Translations under genes and position numbers: made by a program
Notes under the pieces: model-generated
What the model was told of the DNA's origin: nothing
What the model saw: only the letters and a program-made list of their open reading frames with translations
The model's database searches: none
NCBI GenBank assembly: GCA_964620125.1
Contig: CAZUGQ010000007.1
Location: 29,795 to 93,794 of the forward strand
Length of the DNA stretch: 64,000 bases
Direction of reading: 5' to 3'
From: an uncultured Hyphomicrobiales bacterium
GTDB taxonomy: Bacteria > Bacteroidota > Ignavibacteria > Kapaibacteriales > Kapaibacteriaceae
Part shown: positions 11,281 through 21,720 of the stretch, piece by piece
How the letters are laid out: every line of letters starts with the position of its first letter
Position numbering within the stretch: the first letter of the stretch is position 1

Positions 11281-12992
11281 AGTCTTCGATACCACGTTCT
11301 CTTGTCCGTCTGGCACTGCTCACTGTGTGGAGTATGGTTCTCGTTGCCTGTTCCACGGAGCGGATTTCCCGCGCTGTTCCTCCTTGCCCTCCCCCCCCTG
11401 CACCAGCAGCCTGCCTTCCAGGCTACACCAAAGAAGTTGTGTACGATACGTCGCGAGTCATGGACGGTGCCCGTTGGTCAATACGCCGAGTGTCGGGCGC
11501 AAACAGCTCCATTCATGAATGGGCGCTTTTGCCACAGTCGGGAGCATTTCTGCTACTGTCTGGCGAAAGACCAGGTGTTGCTACCTATAGGACAGTGAGC
11601 CGCGATAACGTTTCAACCATTTCCGTACAATCCATCGAGATTCCGGGCACCGTGTTTGTAACAAGCGTACTTGATAACAGGATTACGGGCGACGCATCCA
11701 TCGTGCTCGCCGAAGTCAGAAACGGCTACGCCGTTAGTACGTCGGAGATTGCTGCACCAGTAAATCTTCCTCTCCATTGGGATGGCCACCCAGCACTCAA
11801 TGCCGATGGCTCACTTCTTGTATTCGCGTCCGACAGACCGGGTGGTGAAGGTGGCACAGATCTCTACTACAGCAGACGCACCTCAGCAGGTTGGACGGAA
11901 CCACAACACGTTGTTGGTGTGATCAATACCCCGTGCGACGAGCTATCACCATCGTTTGCATCTGATTCGGTTTTACTGTTTGCATCTGCCGGACACAGTA
12001 CCGTTGGTGGGTACGACCTCTTTGCCGCAACGATCGATGCATCAGGAACTGAATTCTCCGTTGGTGAGCCCCGAAATCTGGGACAGCCAGTCAACACGCC
12101 GTACGATGAGCTGTTTCCCGTCTGGGCTGATGCAACCACACTCTATTACAGCAGTGATCAACCACTGCCGCAAGGCAGGCAACGCAAGGATTTCGATGTA
12201 TTCGTGCTTACCTCGAAGCGTTTGCCTACGATTGCCCCAGCCCCTTCCCTGCCTGTGTCAACACCAGTCCAACCTCCATCGCCGGAAGAACCCGTGCCTC
12301 AGGTTACGATCACGGGCACGGTGGTGCGCGAAGACACGCGTGAACCTGTGCAGGGTGCAGACGTAACAGCAACGGATCCGCAGGATAATCACGTGGTTGC
12401 GCAGACAATTACGGATACGGCCGGGAAGTATTCCATGGATGTACCTGCAGGCAAGCCTGTAGATGTTCAGGCCCAGACACCGGAGTTGTTCTTCGACAAG
12501 GTTCGTATCGACGTACCGGCCCAGCAGGATTCGGTTCAGGTGTCTGGAACTGTGCCTCGAGATACAATCACCATCAGTCAACCACTTTCGTTGCCCGCCA
12601 CATTTGTTCTCCGTGTAAACTTTCCCACGGCCATTTACGATGCCCCTTACCAGTACACCCTGGATAGTAATGGCATGGAAACCACGCAAACGTGGCAGCA
12701 GGCACTCGACGAACTTGCTACGAATGTGAAGCGCACCGGTAGCAGGCTTAAGCGTCTGGTGCTGATAGGGCATACTGACGATGTAGACTCCGACGCCAAC
12801 AACCTTGTGCTTGGACGCAACAGGGTAAACTTTATCATGGACCAGCTTGTGTCTCGTGGCGTGGATCGTTCAGTCCTTGAAGGTCGTTCAGCAGGTGAGT
12901 CCTTGCTGCCAAACAAACGCGCAAATGAGAGCATCGTGCTTTGGCGCAAGCGTGCTCGCAGGGTTGAACTCGTTAAGGTGCTACAGCAATGA
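11277..12992 (+). CDS. OmpA-family lipoprotein with TolB-like beta-propeller repeats
   Basis: Lipoprotein signal (LVACS). The repeated TolB-like motifs are 'ADGSLLVFASDRPGGEGGTDLY', 'DELSPSFASDSVLLFAS' and 'DELFPVWADATTLYYSS'. The C-terminus has an OmpA-like peptidoglycan-binding domain (LIGHTDDVDSDANNLVLGRNRVNFIMDQL). Confidence 0.75.
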   Translation: MKSSIPRSLVRLALLTVWSMVLVACSTERISRAVPPCPPPPAPAACLPGYTKEVVYDTSRVMDGARWSIRRVSGANSSIHEWALLPQSGAFLLLSGERPGVATYRTVSRDNVSTISVQSIEIPGTVFVTSVLDNRITGDASIVLAEVRNGYAVSTSEIAAPVNLPLHWDGHPALNADGSLLVFASDRPGGEGGTDLYYSRRTSAGWTEPQHVVGVINTPCDELSPSFASDSVLLFASAGHSTVGGYDLFAATIDASGTEFSVGEPRNLGQPVNTPYDELFPVWADATTLYYSSDQPLPQGRQRKDFDVFVLTSKRLPTIAPAPSLPVSTPVQPPSPEEPVPQVTITGTVVREDTREPVQGADVTATDPQDNHVVAQTITDTAGKYSMDVPAGKPVDVQAQTPELFFDKVRIDVPAQQDSVQVSGTVPRDTITISQPLSLPATFVLRVNFPTAIYDAPYQYTLDSNGMETTQTWQQALDELATNVKRTGSRLKRLVLIGHTDDVDSDANNLVLGRNRVNFIMDQLVSRGVDRSVLEGRSAGESLLPNKRANESIVLWRKRARRVELVKVLQQ

Positions 12993-15136
12993 CGCCCTCC
13001 ACCACCTGGCGAGTGCTTCTATACGCAACCATATCCTTGGTTGTGCTAACAGCGATCTACATCATCGTTGTACTCTCCAGTGGATTGCCAACGCTACAAG
13101 AACTTGAAAACCCCCGACAGGATCTGGCAACACAGGTACTAAGCTCCGACGGTGTTGTGCTCGACCACTTTGCTACCACGCGGCGCACGTACGTTCCGTA
13201 TGACAGCATTCCGACGGACTTCATCAATGCGCTTATTGCCACGGAGGACAGAGCATTTCGCAGTCATTGGGGTGTACACGTAACTCGAATAATCAAAGCA
13301 GCGGTAAAGAACATCGTTGCGATGGAAACGCGCGAAGGAGCTAGCACCATAACCCAGCAGTTGGCGCTCAATCTGTACTTCGCGCGCGAGCATTCTCTTG
13401 CTCGAAAGATCCGCGAGGCATGGACAGCCTTGCAAATCGAGCGAACGTACACGAAGAATGAAATCCTTGAGATGTACGCCAACACCGTGTATTATGGCAA
13501 AGGGGCTTTCGGTTTGCGCGTTGCCAGCAACACGTACTTCAATAAAGAGCCGATGCAGCTTACTACGGCTGAGTGTGCGTATCTGGTGGGCCTCTTCAAG
13601 GCACCTGAGCGATACAACCGCAATGACAGCGCTGGCATCTCGCGCAGGAACCTCATCCTGCACATGATGAGAGACGAGGGCTACATAACTGACGACCGGT
13701 ACGCTGCTGCCACAACAGAGCCGTTGGCAAAACCAAAGGCCACGGATATCTATCAAGGCATAGCTCCACACTTTGTGGAGATGATTCGGCAGCAGCTCGG
13801 AAGAGACGGAGAGTGGGCAGACAGGCTCGGTGGGCGCGACCTTTACCGTGACGGCCTGGTTATCACAACCACACTGAACTCGCGGATTCAGAAGTACGCC
13901 AATGAAGCCGTGGAGGCTCACCTGAAAGAGTATCAGCGCATGTTTGATAACACATGGTCGTGGCAACAGAACCGAAGCGTACTCTCAGCAATTGTCGACA
14001 AAGCAATCAAACAGCGCACGGACTACATATCAGCAGCACCCAGTGAACGTAAATCACTTATAAGTAAGCTCAAGAACAACAGAAAGTTTGTTGACAGCGT
14101 GAAGCGGAGTGCATCCACAATACAAACTGGCGTGGTGGTACTGGATGCTCGTACCGGAGCCATCCTTGCCCTCGTTGGAGCTTCACCACAGTCGATGAAA
14201 CTTGATGCCGCTGCCAGGTATTCACTTAACCATGTGACGCAAATCAAACGGCAGCCTGGTTCCGCATTCAAGCCATTCGTGTATGCATCGGCCCTCGAGG
14301 CAGGCATGTCTCCCGACTCGGTCGTGGAGAGTGGACCGTTCAGCATCACCCTACCGTCAGGTCAAGTATGGGCACCGCGCGGATCTAGTAAGGAGGGCGG
14401 TCCGATGTCGTTGCGCTCTGCTCTCAAGTATTCTACCAACACGGTTGCGGCACGATTGATCACTCAGGTTACTTCGCCTGGAGCGGTGATTGACGTGTGT
14501 AGGCGCATGGGTATCACCTCCAAACTGCAGGCTGTGCCCTCGATTGCTTTGGGTGCTGTGGAGGTTAGCCCTCTTGAACTCACCGCTGCATACATTCCCT
14601 TCACAAATCAAGGATTGTCCGTACCACCAGCAGCCATCACTAAAATCGAAGACAAGATGGGTAACGTGCTCTGGGAAGCAAAGCTGCCAACAAACATCAC
14701 CGATGCGATTGATAGCGAAGTTGCCTACAACATGCTGAGCATGATGAGGGGTGTGGTGGACGGAGGTACCGGATCTCGAGTTCGACAATACTTCAAACAG
14801 GAAGCGGCCGGCAAGACGGGTACCACCAACGACTTTGCCGACGCTTGGTTTGTTGGATTTACATCACGGCTGGTTGCAGGAGTCTGGACAGGCTTTGATG
14901 ACCGCAGGGTACACTTTACTGGCGACTATGGTCAGGGCGGGCGAGCAGCCGCGCCAATCTGGGGACGCATGATGGCACGCATCAGCACCGACTACACCCT
15001 TCCGTACACCAGAAGTACCTTTCCCGTGCAGGCGGCTTCTTCCGACACCCTTGATCCCGAAGCCATCTACAATCCGCCTTCTGAACAAAGTCCCACACAG
15101 GAAGAACCTCCCGATAGTGTCAGCACAAGACCATAA
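12989..15136 (+). CDS. mrcA: class A penicillin-binding protein (bifunctional transglycosylase/transpeptidase, PBP1A)
   Basis: N-terminal TM segment. GT51 motifs are EDRAFRSHWGV and GASTITQQLA. The transpeptidase domain has SAFKP, SxN and KTGT motifs. Confidence 0.9.
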   Translation: MTPSTTWRVLLYATISLVVLTAIYIIVVLSSGLPTLQELENPRQDLATQVLSSDGVVLDHFATTRRTYVPYDSIPTDFINALIATEDRAFRSHWGVHVTRIIKAAVKNIVAMETREGASTITQQLALNLYFAREHSLARKIREAWTALQIERTYTKNEILEMYANTVYYGKGAFGLRVASNTYFNKEPMQLTTAECAYLVGLFKAPERYNRNDSAGISRRNLILHMMRDEGYITDDRYAAATTEPLAKPKATDIYQGIAPHFVEMIRQQLGRDGEWADRLGGRDLYRDGLVITTTLNSRIQKYANEAVEAHLKEYQRMFDNTWSWQQNRSVLSAIVDKAIKQRTDYISAAPSERKSLISKLKNNRKFVDSVKRSASTIQTGVVVLDARTGAILALVGASPQSMKLDAAARYSLNHVTQIKRQPGSAFKPFVYASALEAGMSPDSVVESGPFSITLPSGQVWAPRGSSKEGGPMSLRSALKYSTNTVAARLITQVTSPGAVIDVCRRMGITSKLQAVPSIALGAVEVSPLELTAAYIPFTNQGLSVPPAAITKIEDKMGNVLWEAKLPTNITDAIDSEVAYNMLSMMRGVVDGGTGSRVRQYFKQEAAGKTGTTNDFADAWFVGFTSRLVAGVWTGFDDRRVHFTGDYGQGGRAAAPIWGRMMARISTDYTLPYTRSTFPVQAASSDTLDPEAIYNPPSEQSPTQEEPPDSVSTRP

Positions 15137-15779
15137 CACCTGGGATTTTCCCGGAAGCACGCTTGCAGTGGGTACGCTGTTTGCTATTGGACGCAACTAC
15201 TCTGCCCATGCTGCAGAGATGAATGCTGCCGTCGATGCAGAACCCATCGTTTTTCTCAAGCCCCCTACCGCATACCGTCCAACCGGCAGCATCATTCACC
15301 TGCCCACATGGAGTGCTACTGTGCATCACGAAGTGGAGGTTGTGGTTGTGATAGGCCAGAGTGTTTCTCGGATCTCCGAATCAGAAGCATGGGATGTTGT
15401 AGCTGGGATTGGAATCGGGTTAGACCTTACTGCTCGTGACGTACAGGCCAAGGCTAAATCAGAAGGAAACCCTTGGGCACGAAGTAAAGGATGGCCTGGA
15501 TCGGCTCCGGTAAGTCCACTGGTTCCTGTTGCACATGCTGGAAAGGGGCCATGGCAATTAAGTCTTTTGGTGAACACAGAAGTACGGCAGCGTGCCACAA
15601 CGGATCTGATGGAACACCCGATTCCTCGACTGATTTCGGAAGTAGCGAAGGTGTTTACGTTGCGTCCTGGAGATGCCATCTTTACCGGTACGCCTGAGGG
15701 CGTGGGACCCGTTGTTGCCGGTGATGTTGCCGTTGCACGACTTGATTCATTGACGGAGCTCACAGTGAGGTTTGCATGA
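15117..15779 (+). CDS. fumarylacetoacetate hydrolase (FAH)-family protein
   Basis: LAVGTLFAIGRNYSAHAAEM...EVEVVVVIG...GTPEGVG matches the FAH/HpcE fold. The start is uncertain: a GTG overlaps the PBP 3' end. Confidence 0.7.
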   Translation: MSAQDHNTWDFPGSTLAVGTLFAIGRNYSAHAAEMNAAVDAEPIVFLKPPTAYRPTGSIIHLPTWSATVHHEVEVVVVIGQSVSRISESEAWDVVAGIGIGLDLTARDVQAKAKSEGNPWARSKGWPGSAPVSPLVPVAHAGKGPWQLSLLVNTEVRQRATTDLMEHPIPRLISEVAKVFTLRPGDAIFTGTPEGVGPVVAGDVAVARLDSLTELTVRFA

Positions 15780-17164
15780 CCCTTTGGCGCTCAGCTCTCT
15801 TTTCTCTCATGTTCTCAGTGCTCCTTGCTGCGTGTGGCAGTTATACCAGGACGGAGCGCGACGTTTACACCATTACGGAACTGGACACCGTGGTTGTTGA
15901 TCAGGTTGTAAACCAGCCCAACGACCGTGACAATGGTGTGATCTATCCCTCATCAAGAACCGTTACGATGGATCGAAGCATGCTGCAATACGACAGTGTG
16001 GTGGTTCGCGAATACCCGGGCTTCATTCGTTTGGCGGCCTTCGAAGGTGTAGGCCTGATTGGATCGCAGCTTACCGGTAATAGCACGCAGACGGGTTTGT
16101 TCGGCGTTTTCTACGACATTGATGAGTTGCTCTTTGGTGATACGGCACCTGATGAAGGAGGGAAGCTTTTTGCCGGATACCACTATCGGATTGGCATTGG
16201 AGAATGGAAGATGAACTTCTTTGGTGATGACCCCAACTGGACCTATGGTATCACGCTATGGGAGCAGATTGCTCCAGACGATGATACTGACAACCTGCTA
16301 ACGGGCATTACCACACTTTCGGTACGCAAACGATTCTATCTGCGCGACAAGATTCCATACATTTCAATAACACCAGGTTTGCACCTCACTGCCTATCCTT
16401 CACAATACCTTCACGGAACGGTTAGTGCAGATGTAGGCAGCCTTAGCGGTGTGAATCTTCGGTTGTATACCGGTTATGTTTTCGGCCAAACCGGCTTTGG
16501 TGGCAATGCTCGGATGGTGAACTTTCCATACCTCGGTGTGGGTATCGGACTGCTGGACTTCCTAAATCGCGAAGAAGAATTGGAAGTTGAATGGAAGGAT
16601 CACGAGCACAGTGGATGGGAGATTGGAGCGATTGACTTCACGTTCCTTGGCTCCAGCGTAGACAGTTCATTCTTTTCGCGCCAGGATCCAGAAACACAAA
16701 CACAAAGCCCCATCAAAGGCTTCAGCCTCAGTGCGCTTAATGCACGTATTGCCATACCCATCCTTGACCATCGGTTGTATGCAGGTACGTCATTGGCGAG
16801 CTTCATCATAGCTGGAACAAACGAATACGTGCTTGGCTGCATTCCACTTCGAGTAGGATATTACTGGCAACCCCTTGGTGGGCGCTTTGTTCTCGAGCCG
16901 TTTGCCGAAACAGCGTTTGCACCTTCGTCCTACATACAGATCGGTGCTCGCGGCGCATTGCCATTGAGTGACCAGATGTCCCTACAGGTGGTAGCTGCAT
17001 ATCTGAGTGGCAATCCCGGATCAACGGCCAACTACAGTCTTACCGGACAACCCGGTGGCACTGGAGACTTCAGCGTGTTCTATGTTGGCGTTGGTGCCAG
17101 CCTGCTCGACAGAGTCTTTGGTCGCAACGAACTTCGATATGGGCGTGGGTTGCCACATGAATAA
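15776..17164 (+). CDS. hypothetical lipoprotein, possibly an outer-membrane protein
   Basis: Signal peptide with lipobox (VLLAACGS). 462 aa, rich in Gly and aromatic residues, beta-strand-like. No family assigned. Confidence 0.5.
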   Translation: MTLWRSALFSLMFSVLLAACGSYTRTERDVYTITELDTVVVDQVVNQPNDRDNGVIYPSSRTVTMDRSMLQYDSVVVREYPGFIRLAAFEGVGLIGSQLTGNSTQTGLFGVFYDIDELLFGDTAPDEGGKLFAGYHYRIGIGEWKMNFFGDDPNWTYGITLWEQIAPDDDTDNLLTGITTLSVRKRFYLRDKIPYISITPGLHLTAYPSQYLHGTVSADVGSLSGVNLRLYTGYVFGQTGFGGNARMVNFPYLGVGIGLLDFLNREEELEVEWKDHEHSGWEIGAIDFTFLGSSVDSSFFSRQDPETQTQSPIKGFSLSALNARIAIPILDHRLYAGTSLASFIIAGTNEYVLGCIPLRVGYYWQPLGGRFVLEPFAETAFAPSSYIQIGARGALPLSDQMSLQVVAAYLSGNPGSTANYSLTGQPGGTGDFSVFYVGVGASLLDRVFGRNELRYGRGLPHE

Positions 17165-17765
17165 CCGGTACTTCACCATAAAGTTGTGTGCGACACTCGT
17201 TTTCGTATTCACCTCTGTATCGTGCAGTCCGTGGCGATTTCAGTTGCAGAGAGCAGAGGACTATCCTATCGAAGGTCGAATCCTTTCCGCGGAGGATAGT
17301 GTGACTGTAGATGCAGACAATGCCATCGCTCTGGCTCATCCGGCACGAATCGCCTTTCGCAGTGAGCAGATCACCGACGGTGAATTTGATACCGAACTAT
17401 TGTTGAAAAGGGGCTCAGGTTTCGCGTTGGTGTTTCGGTCAACACCGTATGATGATAGTGCTTCTGGCGGCCCATCTGCACTGCGACTCCACATCGGGAG
17501 AGAGATATCCAGCCTTACAGGCAGAGGTATTGCTACAAGTGCCGAAGCCCCCTTACCATCCAACAAGCCTTTTCGCGTTGTTGTTGTTCAGCATGGACGA
17601 TGGATTGATGTTGAGGTAGCGTGTGTTAAGATCAGACGGTTCGCGGTGGAGACTCCATCAACACAATGGATAACACTTGAACCCGATCCAGATTCCCGGG
17701 TGGAACTGCGTGACCCACAATTCCGTTCGCTTGGGGATGTGTATGAGACGATTGGTGAATATTAG
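17157..17765 (+). CDS. hypothetical lipoprotein
   Basis: Internal start MNNRYFTIKLCATLVFVFTSVSC (lipobox) overlaps the upstream stop. About 202 aa. Confidence 0.5.
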   Translation: MNNRYFTIKLCATLVFVFTSVSCSPWRFQLQRAEDYPIEGRILSAEDSVTVDADNAIALAHPARIAFRSEQITDGEFDTELLLKRGSGFALVFRSTPYDDSASGGPSALRLHIGREISSLTGRGIATSAEAPLPSNKPFRVVVVQHGRWIDVEVACVKIRRFAVETPSTQWITLEPDPDSRVELRDPQFRSLGDVYETIGEY

Positions 17766-17789
17766 GGCACTTGCTCGAGGACTTCAGGA

Positions 17790-19181
17790 ATGAACGCGGA
17801 TCATAATCGCATTGCTATCGTGGGGGCTGGATTGGTTGGATCCCTTCTCGGAATCATGCTTGCACAGCGGGGGCATCGCGTAGCTATTTACGAACGACGC
17901 CAGGACATGCGCACAAATCGACTGAGTGCTGGCCGCTCCATCAACCTAGCGATGAGCGATCGTGGATTGCGTGCCCTAGAAATCGCCAACATTGCCGACC
18001 ACGTTCGAAAGATTTCCATTCCGATGTACGGAAGGATGATTCATGATGAAGTTGGCAATACTCGCTTCCAGCCGTATGGTGTTGGAGACCAAGCAATCAA
18101 CAGTGTTTCCCGCGCCGAACTGAATAAGACCTTGATGACGGCTGCAGAGAACCACGGTGTGAAGATTCATTTTGATCATCGATGCCAGCACGTGGATCTC
18201 GACGAACCATTTGTGGACTTCTACGACATTGCCGCTGGGAAAACCGTGCGCGTTCGGCCAGACCTGGTGTTTGGTGCCGACGGTGCGTTTAGTGCCGTTC
18301 GCAATGCAATGATGATAAGTGACCGATTCGACTACTCGCAGTCATATCTCGAACACTCGTACAAGGAACTACACATCCCTCCTGCAGTCAATGGTGGTTT
18401 CAAGATGGAGCAAAACGCTCTTCACATCTGGCCACGGCATAGCTTCATGCTCATCGCCCTGCCCAACCTTGATGGCTCCTTTACTTGCACGCTGTTCCTG
18501 GCTCACGAAGGCAACCCATCATTTGCCATGCTACAAACTGAGGCAGACGTGCTGCAGTTTTTCAGCACTCATTTCCCTGATGCGCTGCAGTTAATGCCCA
18601 CGTTGTGTGATGATTTCTTTGCCAATCCCGAATCTTCTCTTGTTACCGTCAAGTGTTCGCCCTGGGTGCGCAACACCACGGCGTTAATCGGCGACGCTGC
18701 TCATGCTATTGTGCCATTTTATGGTCAGGGCATGAATTGTGGTTTTGAGGATTGTTCGGTTCTTATGGAGTGTGTGGACGTATCCTCTTCCTGGAAGCAG
18801 GCCTTGGCTTTATACCAAGCGTATCGAAAACAGGATGCCGATGCCATTGCCGATCTCGCAGTTGAGAACTTTGTGGAGATGAGAGACAAAGTTGCTGACG
18901 AACACTTCCTTTTGCGCAAAAAACTGGAGGCATTCCTTCACGCTCAGTATCCGGATCGATTCATTCCACTGTATACGCTCGTTACCTTCTCAGCGCACGT
19001 TCCCTACCACGAAGCACAGAGGATAGGCAGGGAGAATGATGTGATCATCGACCTGTTGGTTGCTCACGAGGTGATAAGCAAGGACTGGAATTCTCCCGAA
19101 GCTCGAGAGGTGTTTGATTCGGTGATAGCAAGCCGAAAGCCCCTTGCCTTCAAACCACTTGGACCACGCACTAGCGCGTAA
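17790..19181 (+). CDS. kmo: kynurenine 3-monooxygenase (FAD-dependent)
   Basis: Rossmann motif IAIVGAGLVGSLLGIMLAQRGHRVAIYERR. The DAAH...YGQGMN region is typical of KMO/UbiH-type flavoprotein hydroxylases, and the C-terminal helices are as in bacterial KMO. Confidence 0.8.
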   Translation: MNADHNRIAIVGAGLVGSLLGIMLAQRGHRVAIYERRQDMRTNRLSAGRSINLAMSDRGLRALEIANIADHVRKISIPMYGRMIHDEVGNTRFQPYGVGDQAINSVSRAELNKTLMTAAENHGVKIHFDHRCQHVDLDEPFVDFYDIAAGKTVRVRPDLVFGADGAFSAVRNAMMISDRFDYSQSYLEHSYKELHIPPAVNGGFKMEQNALHIWPRHSFMLIALPNLDGSFTCTLFLAHEGNPSFAMLQTEADVLQFFSTHFPDALQLMPTLCDDFFANPESSLVTVKCSPWVRNTTALIGDAAHAIVPFYGQGMNCGFEDCSVLMECVDVSSSWKQALALYQAYRKQDADAIADLAVENFVEMRDKVADEHFLLRKKLEAFLHAQYPDRFIPLYTLVTFSAHVPYHEAQRIGRENDVIIDLLVAHEVISKDWNSPEAREVFDSVIASRKPLAFKPLGPRTSA

Positions 19182-21720
19182 TGATCAGGTTGTGATGCAT
19201 GGTGGTTAGTGGTGTGCTAAACACCACGGAGTACGCGCCACTCGGCCATCGCGCAACGTTCACTAGAGCCGATCGAGTCTCAGGTTCTTCGCCCGTCTTT
19301 ACGTACTCGAGCCGCTCCACCATCTGGCCCAGGTCATTGCTGATCGTGAGGACGTATGTACCTGGAATCGTTAGCTCCACTTCGACATTTGTTATCTCAG
19401 CTGCTGGATTCGGAGTTATCTCCGCTTTAGGGAAGCCATAGACCCTAATCTGTCTGCCTTGTTGAAAGCATACGGGCGAAACAACAAGCAAGCCATCGTC
19501 AACGTGGTTGATGGGGTACTGAAAAATGCTGTGATACTCAACGCTCTCAATGGTAAAGGGGCTTTGAGTAACGTAGCTGTTTAACACCGTTCCCACGATG
19601 GTTGTGAGTGTCATACTCGGGCCTACCAGATCCACAGAATCAATGGTGATTGTTAGCCTTCGTTTGCTTGCTACAACATCGATGATGTCGCTAACAATCC
19701 GCCCAGCAGTAACCAATGTTGGTGAGTAGATACGAGAGTCGAAGCTTACGCTCACCGTCATTGCTGTGGCTGGTAATACCAACGAATCTGGAAGCAATCG
19801 TAGGGTAATTGGCATGCCAAAGCCAGTCGATCCAACGAAGGCTGTGGTGTCTGGCATATCATAAAATGCTTCAACCAGATTCATCTCGGCCGAAAGAATG
19901 ATGATGCCGGTATCCGGGCATGGACTACCAATCACCACCATAAGCGTATCGAGATAATCCGATTCCTTGCTGGTGAACAACCGAATTGCTATGTCAAGCG
20001 ATCCATTGGCAGGAATGGTAACCGGAAAAGTCGTTGGAGCCACGAGAATTACGTCGGGCACTTGCGTAATCCGGGTAACAACGATGTCCTCATCATCTCG
20101 GTTAGTGAGTGTAATGGTGCGAATGTAGTTCCTGCGGTAGTCTACCTTTCCAAAGTCAATGACCTCGACCAGATCGTACTGCGGGCTGTTCTCCCACACG
20201 CGTATTGGGCCGCTCGCATGAACACACCCACTGGGATCCGTTGCTACAACGGTATACTCTCCAGGAGTATTTGTTTGGAAGGAAGCTGATGTATCTCCGT
20301 TGCTCCACCGATAAGAACTAAACCCAGGTGTGGCAGTGACCACAACTGATTGATCTCCGCAAAACGGGCCACCACCCCACGTATGCAATCCAATGCTAAG
20401 TGGCTTTTTCCATGCAAATCCCAGCACTACTGCGCCTGAATCACCAGTGGTAGCCCCCCATGGCAATCCCGTATAGCCGTGGCTTGTTCCCAAGTTCTTA
20501 CCCGTACTTCCACCACGTACATCTGTGGAAAGTGCGGGGAGCATCTTCCTGAGCACAACGGCACCACCACCTCCGCCACCTCCCGGCCCGTGGGGATTAA
20601 AGTGCGAAAGAATGTCTCCACTAGAACCGCCAGTTGCAACAACCGTTAGGGCAGATACAAGGGTATCTATATCAAGCAAAACAGTACCGCCAGCACCACC
20701 ACCTCCCGTTCCGTCGCCTGTTACAGCATCAGGGGTCGACAAAGTTGAAAGCCCCCTAGCGCTGATGGTTTTACCACGACCATGCACAACCTTGGCACGG
20801 ATAACAACGAGACCACCGCCGGCACCGCCAGCAGAACCCTTCGCGTCGTTCTGCTGCGCCCCGCCACCACCTCCGCCAAGGAAGAGTCTGCCACTTCGGA
20901 TAAGCGAGTCAAGCGGCTGACCCGGCAAACCACCTACCCGCCGGAACTGCTCGGAAGTGAAATAGGTGGCCCATCCGCCTTCGCCACCTCTTCCATAGTT
21001 ACTCCCCCCCCCGCCTCCAGCGTTGGTGCCATTTCCGCCGCCACCACCGTTGGCAAACTTTCCACGTCCAGCGATGGGATAAGGCCACATGTTTCTAGCG
21101 ATCCCTTCTCCTTTTTCTCCACTGAAGCCAAAGATCCAGTTGTAGAAGTAGTTGGCTTTGTCTACCTGTGTGATCTGCGGAGAAACGTTACCGCCAGCAA
21201 AGCCAGCACCGTCAACAACGATGTCGGCATCCATGATCAACGTGTCCTCCACTGCAATCACTACAACGCCACCTATTGTGCCGTTCCACCGCGGAGCTGA
21301 TACTGGTTGCGTTATGCGAGCGTTTGTGTGCCGAGGAACCTTGATCAGTTGTACGATACCGTCGGCTTGGTAGGCGTTTGCCATCCGCGTGGTAAAGATG
21401 ACTTTGTCTCCATCCACGCGCTCAATCGTGAGGAATTCACAATTACCAGCACTTCCTGCGCTCACAATGGTTCCAAATGTGCTGTCCTCCGCACTCACGA
21501 TCGAGGCCCCCTTCATCTGAATGAGGAACACAAGGTCTCCACTGCCGAGACCCGATGGATTGCCTACAACAACCGTACTATCGCAGGGGATTACATCAAT
21601 CACCGACACATACTGATTCACTACACCACCAATACTCGGTTGTGCATGCGCCATACCCCAGCCACACAGCATGGCTACAAGAGTTACGACGATGTGATGA
21701 GGTATCCGGCCCGGTCTCAT
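19171..21720 (-). CDS. glycine-rich beta-helix-like secreted protein with a T9SS C-terminal domain
   Basis: Signal peptide MRPGRIPHHIVVTLVAMLCGWGMAHAQP. Several poly-Gly tracts (GGGGGNGTNAGGGGGSNYGRGGEGG; GGGGGGAQQ; GGGGGGG). The C-terminus ...SGAYSVVFSTPLTTMHHNLIITR resembles a Por_Secre_tail. Confidence 0.6.
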   Translation of the reverse strand: MRPGRIPHHIVVTLVAMLCGWGMAHAQPSIGGVVNQYVSVIDVIPCDSTVVVGNPSGLGSGDLVFLIQMKGASIVSAEDSTFGTIVSAGSAGNCEFLTIERVDGDKVIFTTRMANAYQADGIVQLIKVPRHTNARITQPVSAPRWNGTIGGVVVIAVEDTLIMDADIVVDGAGFAGGNVSPQITQVDKANYFYNWIFGFSGEKGEGIARNMWPYPIAGRGKFANGGGGGNGTNAGGGGGSNYGRGGEGGWATYFTSEQFRRVGGLPGQPLDSLIRSGRLFLGGGGGGAQQNDAKGSAGGAGGGLVVIRAKVVHGRGKTISARGLSTLSTPDAVTGDGTGGGGAGGTVLLDIDTLVSALTVVATGGSSGDILSHFNPHGPGGGGGGGAVVLRKMLPALSTDVRGGSTGKNLGTSHGYTGLPWGATTGDSGAVVLGFAWKKPLSIGLHTWGGGPFCGDQSVVVTATPGFSSYRWSNGDTSASFQTNTPGEYTVVATDPSGCVHASGPIRVWENSPQYDLVEVIDFGKVDYRRNYIRTITLTNRDDEDIVVTRITQVPDVILVAPTTFPVTIPANGSLDIAIRLFTSKESDYLDTLMVVIGSPCPDTGIIILSAEMNLVEAFYDMPDTTAFVGSTGFGMPITLRLLPDSLVLPATAMTVSVSFDSRIYSPTLVTAGRIVSDIIDVVASKRRLTITIDSVDLVGPSMTLTTIVGTVLNSYVTQSPFTIESVEYHSIFQYPINHVDDGLLVVSPVCFQQGRQIRVYGFPKAEITPNPAAEITNVEVELTIPGTYVLTISNDLGQMVERLEYVKTGEEPETRSALVNVARWPSGAYSVVFSTPLTTMHHNLIITR

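Noticed and set aside
11391-11398. C8 homopolymer inside the OmpA-family gene
   Set aside because: It is in frame (encodes PPPP) and does not disrupt the ORF. It is shorter than the disruptive G10 tract.
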